Positions 29,518-39,531 of a stretch of 52,095 nt of DNA are shown in pieces; position 1 is the first letter of the stretch; each line of letters starts with the position of its first letter. The stretch lies in assembly GCA_963847705.1 (NCBI GenBank), contig CAWKBC010000019.1, forward strand, positions 1-52,095. Reading direction: 5' to 3'. Below the pieces are notes generated by a model. That model was not told the origin of the DNA. It searched no databases and saw nothing but the letters and a program-made list of their open reading frames with translations. This DNA comes from an uncultured Pseudomonadota bacterium (GTDB lineage Bacteria; Myxococcota_A; Polyangia; Fen-1088). A program made the translations under genes and the position numbers.

Positions 29518-30860
29518 AACGCTGGTCCACAGGGCTCGCCACGGGCGGCGCCGTCGCCCTCGCGGCGGCGGTCGGGGTGATCGCCGCGCTGGCCACCGCG
29601 TCCGCCGCCTCGCCGGCGACGACCCAGGCAGCGCCGGTGGCGCCCGTGGCGCCGCAGGGGCCGTCGCCGCTCATCTACCCGGCCGAGACGATCCCCATCC
29701 GGTTCGACCACGCGGCCCACGCACGCCTGGGCGCGACCTGCGAGAGCTGCCACAGCACGGCGGCCGGGTCGACGGCCGCGGCCGACAACCTGATCCCGGG
29801 CGAGGCCGCCTGCCGCAGCTGCCACAAAATTGACCGCGCCCAGCCGACCAAGGTGACCGCCAAGGGCCAGGGAAGCGCACGCTGCGAGGCCTGCCACGTC
29901 GACGGTGCAGGCAACGGCTGGATGCCGCTCACCCCCCTCTCACAGCCGCCCCGGGTGGTGCTGGCGCGACCGAACCTGAAGTTCAACCACCGCTTGCACG
30001 CCACCCGCGGGATCGGCTGCGAGCTCTGCCACGGCAACGCCGCCGCCGAGGCGATGGTCACCCGGGTCGACCTGCCGATGATGGGGAGCTGCCTCGGCTG
30101 TCACGACGGCAAGCAGTCGACCGCCCGTTGCAGCGCCTGTCACCTGACCGAGCCGGACGGCCGGCTGCAGGTGAAGCTCGCCACGCCGGCGACCATCGCC
30201 GCGGGCGGCACGGGGCTGCTCCAGCCATCCGGCTCCTTGCGCGGCTTCGACGCGCACGACATGACCTTCCGGCGCGACCACGCCCAGGCCGGCCGCGACG
30301 AGGGCTACTGCCTGTCGTGCCACCGCCGCAACGAGTGCGTCGACTGCCACGGCGGCGTGGTCAAGCCGCCCGACATCCACCCCTCCGACTACGTCACCTT
30401 GCATGTCCCCGACGCCCGCCGCAACGTCCCGGACTGCTCGTCGTGCCACCGGCTGCAGACCTTCTGCATCGGCTGCCACCAGCGGACCGGGGTGGCCTCC
30501 GATCCGACGGGCGGCCTGCCGGGGGTGAAGGCCGACAACCCGTTCGGGACCGGCACCGCGGTCAAGCAGTTCCACCCCCCGGGCTGGGCCCGCGACGCCG
30601 CCGGCGTGCCGATCGCCACCCCCCGCCCGCAGAGCCACTCCGTCCAGGCCAAACGCAACATCCGGACCTGCGTCTCCTGCCACCGCGAGGAGAGCTGCCT
30701 CGCCTGCCACTCCACCGACCCGGCGCGCGGTCCCACCTTCTCCCCCCACGGTCCGAACTTCGGGCGCACCGCCCGCTGCCGGTTCCTGGCCGCCCGCAAC
30801 CAGCGCGCCTGCCTCAAGTGCCACGCCATCGGCGCGGCCGAGCTCGACTGCGAACCCTGA
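29514..30860 (+). CDS. Periplasmic multiheme cytochrome c (13 CxxCH motifs, c3/c7-like)
   Basis: CESCH, CRSCH, CEACH, CELCH, CLGCH, CSACH, CLSCH, CVDCH, CSSCH, CIGCH, CVSCH, CLACH, CLKCH; FDHAAH/FNHRLH distal-His motifs; signal peptide. Confidence 0.93.
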   Translation: MKRWSTGLATGGAVALAAAVGVIAALATASAASPATTQAAPVAPVAPQGPSPLIYPAETIPIRFDHAAHARLGATCESCHSTAAGSTAAADNLIPGEAACRSCHKIDRAQPTKVTAKGQGSARCEACHVDGAGNGWMPLTPLSQPPRVVLARPNLKFNHRLHATRGIGCELCHGNAAAEAMVTRVDLPMMGSCLGCHDGKQSTARCSACHLTEPDGRLQVKLATPATIAAGGTGLLQPSGSLRGFDAHDMTFRRDHAQAGRDEGYCLSCHRRNECVDCHGGVVKPPDIHPSDYVTLHVPDARRNVPDCSSCHRLQTFCIGCHQRTGVASDPTGGLPGVKADNPFGTGTAVKQFHPPGWARDAAGVPIATPRPQSHSVQAKRNIRTCVSCHREESCLACHSTDPARGPTFSPHGPNFGRTARCRFLAARNQRACLKCHAIGAAELDCEP

Positions 30861-30921
30861 AAGACAGCGTAAATACTCGCTGAATTCTTTCCCGGCGCTG
30901 CGCGCCCTCTATACTTGAGAT

Positions 30922-31665
30922 GTGCTCGTCTTACTCGCTTGCCTGGCGATGCCCGTCGACCAGGTTTCGGACCTCTCGACGCTCGATCCGGCGGATCGTC
31001 TCTTCGATCCGGTGACCGCGCGTGCCGAGCACCTCACGCCGGGCGAGCCGCGCGTGCTTTCCAAGAAAGAGGAAGGGGCGCGCGAGAAGGCGCTGCGTCC
31101 CGACGTGCACGTCTCGGACGCCGACCTCGCGCGCTGGTCGACCCCCAGCCGCGCCGCGCGCGCGCACCGGCTGGCCAGCCGCGGGAGCGCGCCCCAGAGC
31201 GATCCCGTGCTCTGGCCGGGCGAGCGGATCGAACCGGTCACCACTCTTTTCAACATCTGGACGCACGAGGCGCTGCCGATTCTTCCCGGCGAGGGGCACG
31301 AGATCGACGGGCGCTTTCACAACTTCTTGCGCGATCACTTCACCAACCAGGCCACGCACATGGACGTGCGGCTCATCGACGTCTTGAAGCGCGTGGCGGG
31401 GAAGTTTTCGGCGCGGCGGATCGAGGTCGTCTCGGGCTACCGCTCGCCGAAGTACAACCTGATGCTGCGCAAGAAGGGGCATCAGGTCGCGCGCCACAGC
31501 CAGCACATGGAGGGGCACGCGGTCGACTTCCGCATCCGCGGCGTCGCCACCACCCAGGTGCTTCACTACGTCCGCTCCCTGCACATGGGCGGCGTCGGCT
31601 TCTACCCGCACTCACAGTTCGTCCACAGCGACACCGGCCCGGTCAGGTACTGGACCGGATCCTGA
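30922..31665 (+). CDS. YcbK/DUF882 family peptidase M15A (MepK-like peptidoglycan endopeptidase)
   Basis: FLRDH, VVSGYRSP.YN.ML, S.HMEGHAVD, GGVGFYP.SQFVHSDTGPVRYW. Confidence 0.88.
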   Translation: MLVLLACLAMPVDQVSDLSTLDPADRLFDPVTARAEHLTPGEPRVLSKKEEGAREKALRPDVHVSDADLARWSTPSRAARAHRLASRGSAPQSDPVLWPGERIEPVTTLFNIWTHEALPILPGEGHEIDGRFHNFLRDHFTNQATHMDVRLIDVLKRVAGKFSARRIEVVSGYRSPKYNLMLRKKGHQVARHSQHMEGHAVDFRIRGVATTQVLHYVRSLHMGGVGFYPHSQFVHSDTGPVRYWTGS

Positions 31666-31800
31666 CGCTGCCACGGACGACGAGCTGCCGGCGCCTCCGC
31701 CTGCGCCACCCGTGACCTCCTCACGACGGCGCAGGGATCACCGCCGGGATCCGGTGCGGTCACCTCTGGTGAGGACTGGAGCATATGATATCGCTCCAGA

Positions 31801-31840
31801 TTGACGTGTAAACGCATACGATTTAGCATCGAACGTATGC
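31801..31840 (+). promoter_or_regulatory. vapBC promoter TTGACG-17-TAGCAT with operator palindrome
   Basis: -35 at 31801-31806, -10 at 31824-31829; GCATACG (31814-31820) and CGTATGC (31834-31840) form an inverted repeat over the ATG. Confidence 0.7.
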
Positions 31841-32079
31841 GGACCACGCTCGATCTCCCGGCGGCGTTGATGGACGAGGCTCAAAAGATGCTGGGCTTCA
31901 AATCCAAGACCGACACGGTCGTTCTCTCGCTGACCGAGCTGGTCCGAAGACGGCGGATCGAGGAGCTCAGGGGCCTGCTCGGCCGCGTCGATCTCGATCT
32001 CGATCTCGATCGATCGCGCCGCCGTCCCCTCGGGTCACCCGGGTCGCCGCAGCCGCGACGGCGCCGGTCGCGCGCGTGA
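31837..32079 (+). CDS. vapB: Type II antitoxin VapB (RHH, DUF2191-like)
   Basis: MRTTLDLP..LMDEA...G..SKTDTV...L.ELVRRR; overlaps the PIN gene. Confidence 0.85.
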   Translation: MRTTLDLPAALMDEAQKMLGFKSKTDTVVLSLTELVRRRRIEELRGLLGRVDLDLDLDRSRRRPLGSPGSPQPRRRRSRA

Positions 32080-32465
32080 TCGCGGTCGACACGTCGGTCT
32101 GGGTCGACTTCTTTCGCGGCCGACAGCCTCTCGCCGATCGGATGTCCGAGGTGCTCGACCGCGATCAGGCGGCGTTGCCCGTTCCCGTGCGGGTCGAGAT
32201 CCTGAGCGGCGCCCGCAAGGCGGAACGCCCTCGGCTGGCCCGCTTGCTCAGCGCGCTGCCGCTGCTGCTTCCGACCGACGAGACCTGGCGCCAGATCGAG
32301 GATTGGGTCGCCACGGGGGCCGCCGCCGGGCACCGGTTTGGCGTCGCGGATCTCCTGATCGCCGCGATCGCCGCCGAAAACGGCTGTCCAGTCTGGTCCC
32401 AGGACGCCGACTTCGCGCGCCTGGCGCGACTCGGGTTGGTGTCGTTGAGCGACGGCGCTTCGTGA
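32076..32465 (+). CDS. vapC: VapC PIN-domain ribonuclease toxin
   Basis: AVDTSVWVDF, VEILSG, DLLIAA.A, WSQD.DF. Confidence 0.92.
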   Translation: MIAVDTSVWVDFFRGRQPLADRMSEVLDRDQAALPVPVRVEILSGARKAERPRLARLLSALPLLLPTDETWRQIEDWVATGAAAGHRFGVADLLIAAIAAENGCPVWSQDADFARLARLGLVSLSDGAS

Positions 32466-32475
32466 CGGTCGTCCG

Positions 32476-33279
32476 TTAGCGAAAGTCGCGGCGGAGACAG
32501 GCGGCCGAGCCCCAGCCGAACCTCTCCCAGAGATCGCGATCGGTGAGATAGGCGAGGTCGGCGGCGGGCAGGGCAGGAAGATCGCGTGGCCTGCAGGGGG
32601 GCCAGAGATCGGCGAAGAGGTAGAAGGCGATGTCCCAGCGGGCGCTCTCGGGCAGCGCCTCGGCGAAGGAAGGCATCGGCGTGCCGGCGCCGCCGTAGGT
32701 GATGCGATTGAAGATCTCGTAAGGGGTCTGCAAGGTGGCGTTCGGCTTCGTCGGCCTGGGGAGCATGTGCGCGGCGGCCGGCGGCAGGGGGCCGTTCGGC
32801 GGGCCGTGGCAGGGGGCGCAGGCGACGGCGTAGGTGGCCGCTCCCCGGCGGAGATCGGGGAGGATCGGCGGCCGGCGCGTGAGGCGTCCTGCCTTGGCGA
32901 GATCGGTCAGCAAGCGCGCGCAGGTCTTGGCCACGGCGCGGGGAGGATCGTGGCGGAGGAGGCTGGCGCGCAGCCCGCCGAGCGCGCTCGCGACGGGTCG
33001 GGTCTCGTCGGTCGGTGCGCCGAGAGCGGCGATCGCGCCGTCGAGCACCGTCACCAGCGGGGCGACGCCTGAAAAGTCGCCGCTCTCAATCTGCTCGCCG
33101 TATTCGTCCCGGACCAGCTGCAGCGCGAAGGCGACCTTGTCCCAGTCGGCGGTCGGGCGCGTGGCCGCGGAGCGCGGCGCTCTGCACCCTTCACAGAGCA
33201 AGGATGCTGTCCCGAACAGCAGCGCCAGGGCGACGGCGGCGCGACGGCAGGTGGGGCCCACCCCGGTTTCCTTAACCAC
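32476..33279 (-). CDS. Monoheme cytochrome c protein resembling the periplasmic part of cytochrome c/FTR1 fusions
   Basis: G...YAVACAPCHG, ITYGGAGTPMPSF, RWDIAFYL; N-terminal signal/lipoprotein-like segment. Confidence 0.75.
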   Translation of the reverse strand: MVKETGVGPTCRRAAVALALLFGTASLLCEGCRAPRSAATRPTADWDKVAFALQLVRDEYGEQIESGDFSGVAPLVTVLDGAIAALGAPTDETRPVASALGGLRASLLRHDPPRAVAKTCARLLTDLAKAGRLTRRPPILPDLRRGAATYAVACAPCHGPPNGPLPPAAAHMLPRPTKPNATLQTPYEIFNRITYGGAGTPMPSFAEALPESARWDIAFYLFADLWPPCRPRDLPALPAADLAYLTDRDLWERFGWGSAACLRRDFR

Positions 33280-33321
33280 CCGCCGGGCAGTCCGGCACTG
33301 GCCGGCGCGGGTTGCGCTCTC

Positions 33322-34182
<861 letters not shown>

Positions 34183-34200
34183 GGTTCGCCGCCAAGCATA

Positions 34201-35385
34201 TCAGGCGATCGAGACCCGTTCGCTGGCGGCGACCGCCGCGGCCACCTCGGCCGCCAGATCCAGCTTGGCCTCGGCCTTGGCGGCGTCGGCGACCCGGGCG
34301 CGGGTGGCGGGGTGCGGCGGCACGAACAGCGAGCAGCAGTCGTCGAAGGGGAGGATCGACGTCTCGTAGGTGCCGATGCGCTGCGCCAGCGCCGTGGTCT
34401 CCACCTTGTCGTAGGTCAGGAGCGGGCGCAGCACCAGCCGGCGCGCGGCCTCCTCGATCGTCCCCAGGTTGTCGATGGTCTGGCTGGCGACCTGGCCCAG
34501 GTTCTCGCCGGTGACCAGCGCCGTTGCGTCGAGCTGGTCGGCCACGGCGTCGGCGATGCGCATCATCATGCGGCGGTAGAGGACCACGGCCAGCTCGCCC
34601 GGGCCGGCGTCGCGCAGGCGCTTCTGGACCTCGGTGAACGGCACCACCGTCACCGAGCGCAACGCCTGCCAGCGGGCCAGCTTGCGGCCGAGCGTGAGCA
34701 CCTTGTCGCGCGACTTCTCGCCGACGTAGGGGGGCGAATGAAAATACACGGCGTCGAGCGCCAGGCCGCGCTTGGCCGCCAGCCAGCCGGCCACCGGCGA
34801 ATCGATGCCGCCCGAGAGCAACAGCAACGCGCGCCCCGAGGCGCCCACCGGCAGCCCGCCGGGGGAGGCGCGCGTGCCGGCGTAGACGAAGGCGTGGCCG
34901 GTGGCGACCTCGACGCCGATGGTCAGCGCCGGCGTGTGCACGTCGACGCGGAGGCCGGTCGCCGTCTGGACGCGCGCGCCAATCCGCCGCGAGATCTCCA
35001 GCGACGTCACCGGGAAGCGCTTGTCGCCGCGGCGCGATTCGACCTTGAAGGAGAGCGGGCGATCGCGCGCGATGGCCGCCTGGGCCGCCTCGACCGCGGC
35101 GGCGCCGATCGCCTCCAGCTCCGCGTCGGCGGAGACCCGCCGGGCGACGGAGAACGACACCAGGCCGAAGATGCGCTCCAGGCGCCCGGCGGCGTCCTCG
35201 ACGTCGTCCGGGCGGACGCGGACCAGCGTCCGGCCGTGGGTGCTCTGCACCTCGGCGCCCGCGAAATCGGCGACCGCCGCGCGGATGTTGTCGCAGAGGA
35301 CGCGCTCGAAGCGACGGCGGTTGCCGCTCTTCAAGAAAAGCTCGCCGTAGCGGCAGAGAATGACGCCCCCGTCTTGCGTGGCCAT
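34201..35385 (-). CDS. thiI: tRNA 4-thiouridine synthase ThiI (no rhodanese domain)
   Basis: RYGELFLKSGNR, THUMP domain, GGLPVG, LSGGIDSPVA, TGENLGQVASQT, DDCC. Confidence 0.95.
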   Translation of the reverse strand: MATQDGGVILCRYGELFLKSGNRRRFERVLCDNIRAAVADFAGAEVQSTHGRTLVRVRPDDVEDAAGRLERIFGLVSFSVARRVSADAELEAIGAAAVEAAQAAIARDRPLSFKVESRRGDKRFPVTSLEISRRIGARVQTATGLRVDVHTPALTIGVEVATGHAFVYAGTRASPGGLPVGASGRALLLLSGGIDSPVAGWLAAKRGLALDAVYFHSPPYVGEKSRDKVLTLGRKLARWQALRSVTVVPFTEVQKRLRDAGPGELAVVLYRRMMMRIADAVADQLDATALVTGENLGQVASQTIDNLGTIEEAARRLVLRPLLTYDKVETTALAQRIGTYETSILPFDDCCSLFVPPHPATRARVADAAKAEAKLDLAAEVAAAVAASERVSIA

Positions 35386-35484
35386 GGGCGGGGTCTTCTA
35401 CCCGCGCGCGGGGCGCTTGGCGAGAGGTGAGAGCGCCGGGCGGTCTTTCGGGGCTCTCTTGGGGTCAGCTGGGCTCAGCTGGGG

Positions 35485-36639
35485 TCAGCGAATCTGGCCT
35501 CCCGAACCGGCGCCGACCTCGCGGGCTGCGTCGGTGAGGGCGGCGATGGCGCCGTCGACGTCCGCCTGCGTCGTGTCGCGCGACAGCGAAAATCGCAGCA
35601 CGCCGGTGTGGTCGTCGATGCCGATCGCCTTCAAGGTCGGGCTGGGACCGGCCGTGCGGGAGGCGCAGGCCGAGCCGGCAGAGGCCAGCACGCCGCGCGC
35701 CTCGAGCGCGTGCAGGAGCGGCTCGGCGGGAAGCCCGGGGAACGCCAGGGAGGCGATGTGGGGCGCGCGCGCCGCGCCGGTCACCGTGGGGCGCGCCCCG
35801 GCGACGGCGGCCAGCGCACCGGCCTCCAGGCGGTCCCGCAGCGCCGCGATCGATTCGGCGCCCCCCGCCTCGAGCGACCGCCGGGCCAGCGCGACCGCCC
35901 GCCCGAACCCGACGATCGCGGGCAGGTTCTCGCTGCCGCCGCGCCGCCCGCGCTCCTGGCCGCCGCCCACCCAGAGCGGCTCGAGGCGGGCGCCTGGGCG
36001 CAGCCAGAGGGCACCGGCGCCGCGCGGCCCGTGCAGCTTGTGCGCCGAGAGCGCCAGGCTGTCGGCGCCGAGCGCGCGGGGGCGGAGGCGCAGGAGGCCG
36101 AACGCCTGCACCGCGTCGACGTGCAGGTGCGGGCGGCGGCGGCGATCGGGGTCGAGCAGCCGGGCGATCTCGGCGATCGGCTGAACGGTGCCGAGCTCGT
36201 TCTGCACCAGCATCACCGCGACGACCGCGGTGTCGGGGCGGACGGCCGCGGCGACCGCCGCGGCGCGGACGACGCCGTCGGGCCCGGGCGGGACGAGGTC
36301 CAGCGTGGCGCCCGCCGCCACCAGCGCCTCGGCGGCGCGCATGACCGCCGGGTGCTCGAGCGCGCTGACCACGACGTGTCTCCCGCGCGCTGCCCGCGCT
36401 GCGCCCAGGAGGCCCAGCGCGTCGGCCTCGGTGCCCCCGCTGGTGAAGACCAGCTCCTCGGGCTCGACGTCGAGCGCCCCCGCGACCGTCCCCCGGGCGG
36501 CCTCCAGGGCCCGGCTGGCCGCCGCCCCCGCCGCGTGGGCCGAGGCCGGATTGGCGTAGAGCGCGCCGGCCGCCTCGGCCATCGCCGCGAGCACTTCGGG
36601 GGCCGGGCGCGTCGAAGCGGCGTTGTCCAGGTAGATCAA
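35485..36639 (-). CDS. iscS: Cysteine desulfurase (IscS/NifS family)
   Basis: IYLDNAAST, FTSGGTEAD, HVDAVQ, SAHKLHGP, SAGSACAS; TTG start at 36639. Confidence 0.92.
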   Translation of the reverse strand: MIYLDNAASTRPAPEVLAAMAEAAGALYANPASAHAAGAAASRALEAARGTVAGALDVEPEELVFTSGGTEADALGLLGAARAARGRHVVVSALEHPAVMRAAEALVAAGATLDLVPPGPDGVVRAAAVAAAVRPDTAVVAVMLVQNELGTVQPIAEIARLLDPDRRRRPHLHVDAVQAFGLLRLRPRALGADSLALSAHKLHGPRGAGALWLRPGARLEPLWVGGGQERGRRGGSENLPAIVGFGRAVALARRSLEAGGAESIAALRDRLEAGALAAVAGARPTVTGAARAPHIASLAFPGLPAEPLLHALEARGVLASAGSACASRTAGPSPTLKAIGIDDHTGVLRFSLSRDTTQADVDGAIAALTDAAREVGAGSGGQIR

Positions 36640-36711
36640 GCGTTGACTATATTCTGACCGGAAGGCGTCCGTCGCTTGGCCCGGGCCGGTTCCTTGAGGT
36701 AAATCAGGTGT

Positions 36712-37734
36712 GTGGATATTGGCGCACGAGCCAAGAAAATCCTGCACGCCGTGGTGTCCGAGTATCTGGCCACCGGTGAGGCGGTGGGATCGCATACCGT
36801 CACCCGCCGTTATGGGCTGGATGTGTCGGCTGCGACTGTCCGCACGGTGATGGGCGATCTCGAGGAGGTCGGCCTCCTCCGCCACGCGCACACCTCGGGG
36901 GGGCGGCTGCCGACCGAGCGGGGGCTGCGCTACTACGTCGACATGTTGCTCCGGGTCCGCAACCTCACCTCGAACGAGAAGGACGAGATCCGGGTGCGGC
37001 TGGCGCCGGCTGGCGGCGACGTCCCCGAGGTGATGCAGCGAACTTCGCGGATGCTGCGCGAGCTCAGCCACCTGACGGTGGTCGTGCAGGCGCCGCGGCC
37101 GGAGAGCGACGTGATCGAGCACCTGGAGTTCGTCCAGCTGCGCGACGGGCAGCTCCTGGCCGTCATGGCCGCGGCCAGCGGGCAGATTCAGAACAAGCTG
37201 GTGCCGATCGACTTCACGCTGACGCCGGGCGATCTCGACCGCATCAACAATTTTCTCAACGGCCTGGTCAGCGGGCTGACGCTGGATCAGGTTCGCGCCA
37301 GGCTCATGGACGAGATCGCCAGCGACAAGGTCACGCACGACCAGCTGATCGCGCGGGCGTTGCGTCTGGCTCAGGCGGCCGTGCCGGTCGATCCGGAGGC
37401 GGATGTGCTGGTCGACGGGCAGTCGAACCTCCTGTCCGGCAAGGGCGACCTCGAGCGCGCCAAAACGCTGCTGCGGACGCTGGAAGAGAAGGACCTGCTG
37501 GTGCGCCTGCTCGAACGGACGCTGAGCGCACCGGGCATCTGCGTCTTCATCGGCGCGGAGGCAAACCTGGCCGACCTGACCGACGTGTCGGTGGTGGCGG
37601 CGCCCTACGTGGCGGACGGACGGCCGCTGGGGACGATCGGGGTCATTGGACCTTCGCGGATGAACTATTCGCGGGTGATCCCGCTGGTTGATTTCACGGC
37701 CGAGATGATCGGCGAAGCGCTGGGGAAGACCTAG
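36712..37734 (+). CDS. hrcA: Heat-inducible transcription repressor HrcA
   Basis: YLATGEAVGS, VSAATVR..M.DLE, HTSGGRLPT..GLRYYVD, GVIGPSRMNY. Confidence 0.96.
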   Translation: MDIGARAKKILHAVVSEYLATGEAVGSHTVTRRYGLDVSAATVRTVMGDLEEVGLLRHAHTSGGRLPTERGLRYYVDMLLRVRNLTSNEKDEIRVRLAPAGGDVPEVMQRTSRMLRELSHLTVVVQAPRPESDVIEHLEFVQLRDGQLLAVMAAASGQIQNKLVPIDFTLTPGDLDRINNFLNGLVSGLTLDQVRARLMDEIASDKVTHDQLIARALRLAQAAVPVDPEADVLVDGQSNLLSGKGDLERAKTLLRTLEEKDLLVRLLERTLSAPGICVFIGAEANLADLTDVSVVAAPYVADGRPLGTIGVIGPSRMNYSRVIPLVDFTAEMIGEALGKT

Positions 37735-37760
37735 CTTTCCATCAGAAACGAGACACAGAG

Positions 37761-38375
37761 ATGAGCCAAGAGTCGAACATGGACGAGAAGAAGAACGGGA
37801 CCGCGGGCGCGCAGGGTGCAAGTGGTGGCAATGGCGCGAAGAGTCCGGGCCCTCAGGGACCGGAGCATGAGCTCCCCCCGGCCAGCCCGGAGGATCGGGC
37901 GGCGGCGCTGGCGCTCGAGCGCGACGAGATGAAGGATCGGATGCTGCGCGTGGCGGCCGAGTTCGAGAACTGGAAGAAGCGCGCCCGCAAGGAGCAGACC
38001 GACGCGGTCAACTCGGCGCGCGAATCGGTGCTGCGCGACATCCTCGAGGTGGTCGACAACCTGGAGCGCGCGGCCGGCGCGCAGGCCAACGGTGTCGTCG
38101 ACGGCGCGGCGGTCATGAAGGGGGTCGCCCTGGTGTTGCGCCTCTTTCAACAGAAGCTGGAGCGCTACGAGGTGAAGCCGTTCGAGGTGACCGGACAGCC
38201 GTTCGACCCGCGCGTCCACGAGGCCGTCTCGCGGGTGGAGAGCGCCGACGTGCCGTCGGGCGCGGTCGCCGCGGAGCTGCAGAAGGGCTACCGCGTGGGC
38301 GAGCGCCTCCTGCGTCCGGCGCTGGTCTCGGTGTCGACCGGGCCGAAGTCTCAACCAAAATCGTCCGAGGGTTAG
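37761..38375 (+). CDS. grpE: Nucleotide exchange factor GrpE
   Basis: LRVAAEFENWKKR, VVDNLERA, PFDPRVHEAV, QKGY...RLLRPALVSV. Confidence 0.95.
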   Translation: MSQESNMDEKKNGTAGAQGASGGNGAKSPGPQGPEHELPPASPEDRAAALALERDEMKDRMLRVAAEFENWKKRARKEQTDAVNSARESVLRDILEVVDNLERAAGAQANGVVDGAAVMKGVALVLRLFQQKLERYEVKPFEVTGQPFDPRVHEAVSRVESADVPSGAVAAELQKGYRVGERLLRPALVSVSTGPKSQPKSSEG

Positions 38376-38376
38376 G

Positions 38377-39531
38377 CTGCCCGCCGACTACTACCAGACG
38401 CTGGACGTCGCTCGCGGCGCGACCGACGTCGAGATCAAGGCGGCCTATCGACGGCTCGCGCTGCGCTGGCATCCGGATCGCAATCCAGGTGACCGCGCCG
38501 CCGAGGAGCGGTTCAAGGAGCTGTCGATCGCCTATGCGGTCCTGTCGGACGAGGACAAGCGGGGGCACTACGACCGCTTCGGCGCCGTCGACGGGGCCGG
38601 CCCGCTCGGCGGCGCGGACATCGCCTCGGCGACGGAGTTCTTCGACGCGCTCTTCGGCGATCTGTTCGGCCTGGCCCGCCGGCGCAAGACCGCCGGGCGC
38701 GACATGCGCTACACGCTGGAGGTCGACTTCGAAGAAGCGGCGCTCGGCTGCGAGAAGACCATCACCTTCGAGCGGCCGGAGGACTGCCGCGCCTGCCTGG
38801 GCACCGGCGCCGAGGGGGCCAGCGCCGGGCTGGCCACCTGCAGCCACTGCGGCGGCGAGGGGATCGTCCGGAAGAAGGCCGGTTTTCTCACCACCCGGCG
38901 CGAGTGCATGGGGTGCGGCGGGACCGGCCAGGTGCCGCGCGTCCGCTGCGCCGCCTGCGAGGGGGCGGGCCTCGTCGATCGCGAGCGGAGCTACACCGTG
39001 CGCGTCCCGCCGGGCTCGATCGGCGGGTCGACGCAGCGCTTGCCGCGCGAGGGTGCCCCGGGACGGCGGGGCGGCCCGTCGGGCGATCTGCACGTCCTCG
39101 TGCGGGTGCGCCCGCATCCGTTCTACGGGCGCGAATCGACGCGCGACGGGGAGGTCCTGACCATCGAGCTGCCGCTCACCTTCGTCGAGGCGACGCTGGG
39201 GGCAGAGGTCGACGTGCCGGTGCTCGACGCGCGCGTGCAGATGCGGGTGCCGCCCGGAACGCAGGCGGGCGCCACCTTCCGGCTGCGCGGCAAGGGGTTC
39301 CCGCGCGCCGGCGGGCGCGGCGACGCCCACGTGCGCATCGCCATCGAGACGCCGACCGCGCTCTCCGACGAGGCGCGCGGCCTCTTGCTCCGCCTGGGCG
39401 GCGCGCTGGAGGGGGCGGAGCTGCCGCGCCGGCGCTCGTTCCGCGCCACGCTCGACCGGGCGGCGGGCGGCGGCGTCGCGCCCGAGGCGCCGCCCGAGCG
39501 CGCGACCGCCGACGGAAGCGGCGAGCGATGA
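38377..39531 (+). CDS. dnaJ: Chaperone DnaJ (probable CTG start)
   Basis: J-domain DYYQTL ... LRWHPDRNP ... YAVLSD.DKR..YDRFG is in frame with the 38704 ORF; four CxxCxGxG motifs. Confidence 0.9.
   Translation: MPADYYQTLDVARGATDVEIKAAYRRLALRWHPDRNPGDRAAEERFKELSIAYAVLSDEDKRGHYDRFGAVDGAGPLGGADIASATEFFDALFGDLFGLARRRKTAGRDMRYTLEVDFEEAALGCEKTITFERPEDCRACLGTGAEGASAGLATCSHCGGEGIVRKKAGFLTTRRECMGCGGTGQVPRVRCAACEGAGLVDRERSYTVRVPPGSIGGSTQRLPREGAPGRRGGPSGDLHVLVRVRPHPFYGRESTRDGEVLTIELPLTFVEATLGAEVDVPVLDARVQMRVPPGTQAGATFRLRGKGFPRAGGRGDAHVRIAIETPTALSDEARGLLLRLGGALEGAELPRRRSFRATLDRAAGGGVAPEAPPERATADGSGER

Noticed and set aside
35461-35490. Three 10-bp repeats (GGGGTCAGCT-like) at the iscS 3' end
   Set aside because: Too short and degenerate to assign a function; probably slippage-derived.
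36640-36711. CIRCE operator upstream of hrcA
   Set aside because: No match to TTAGCACTC-N9-GAGTGCTAA in the intergenic region.
35485-37821. 778-aa extended cysteine desulfurase
   Set aside because: The N-terminal 394 codons are antisense to hrcA; the desulfurase motif begins at TTG 36639.
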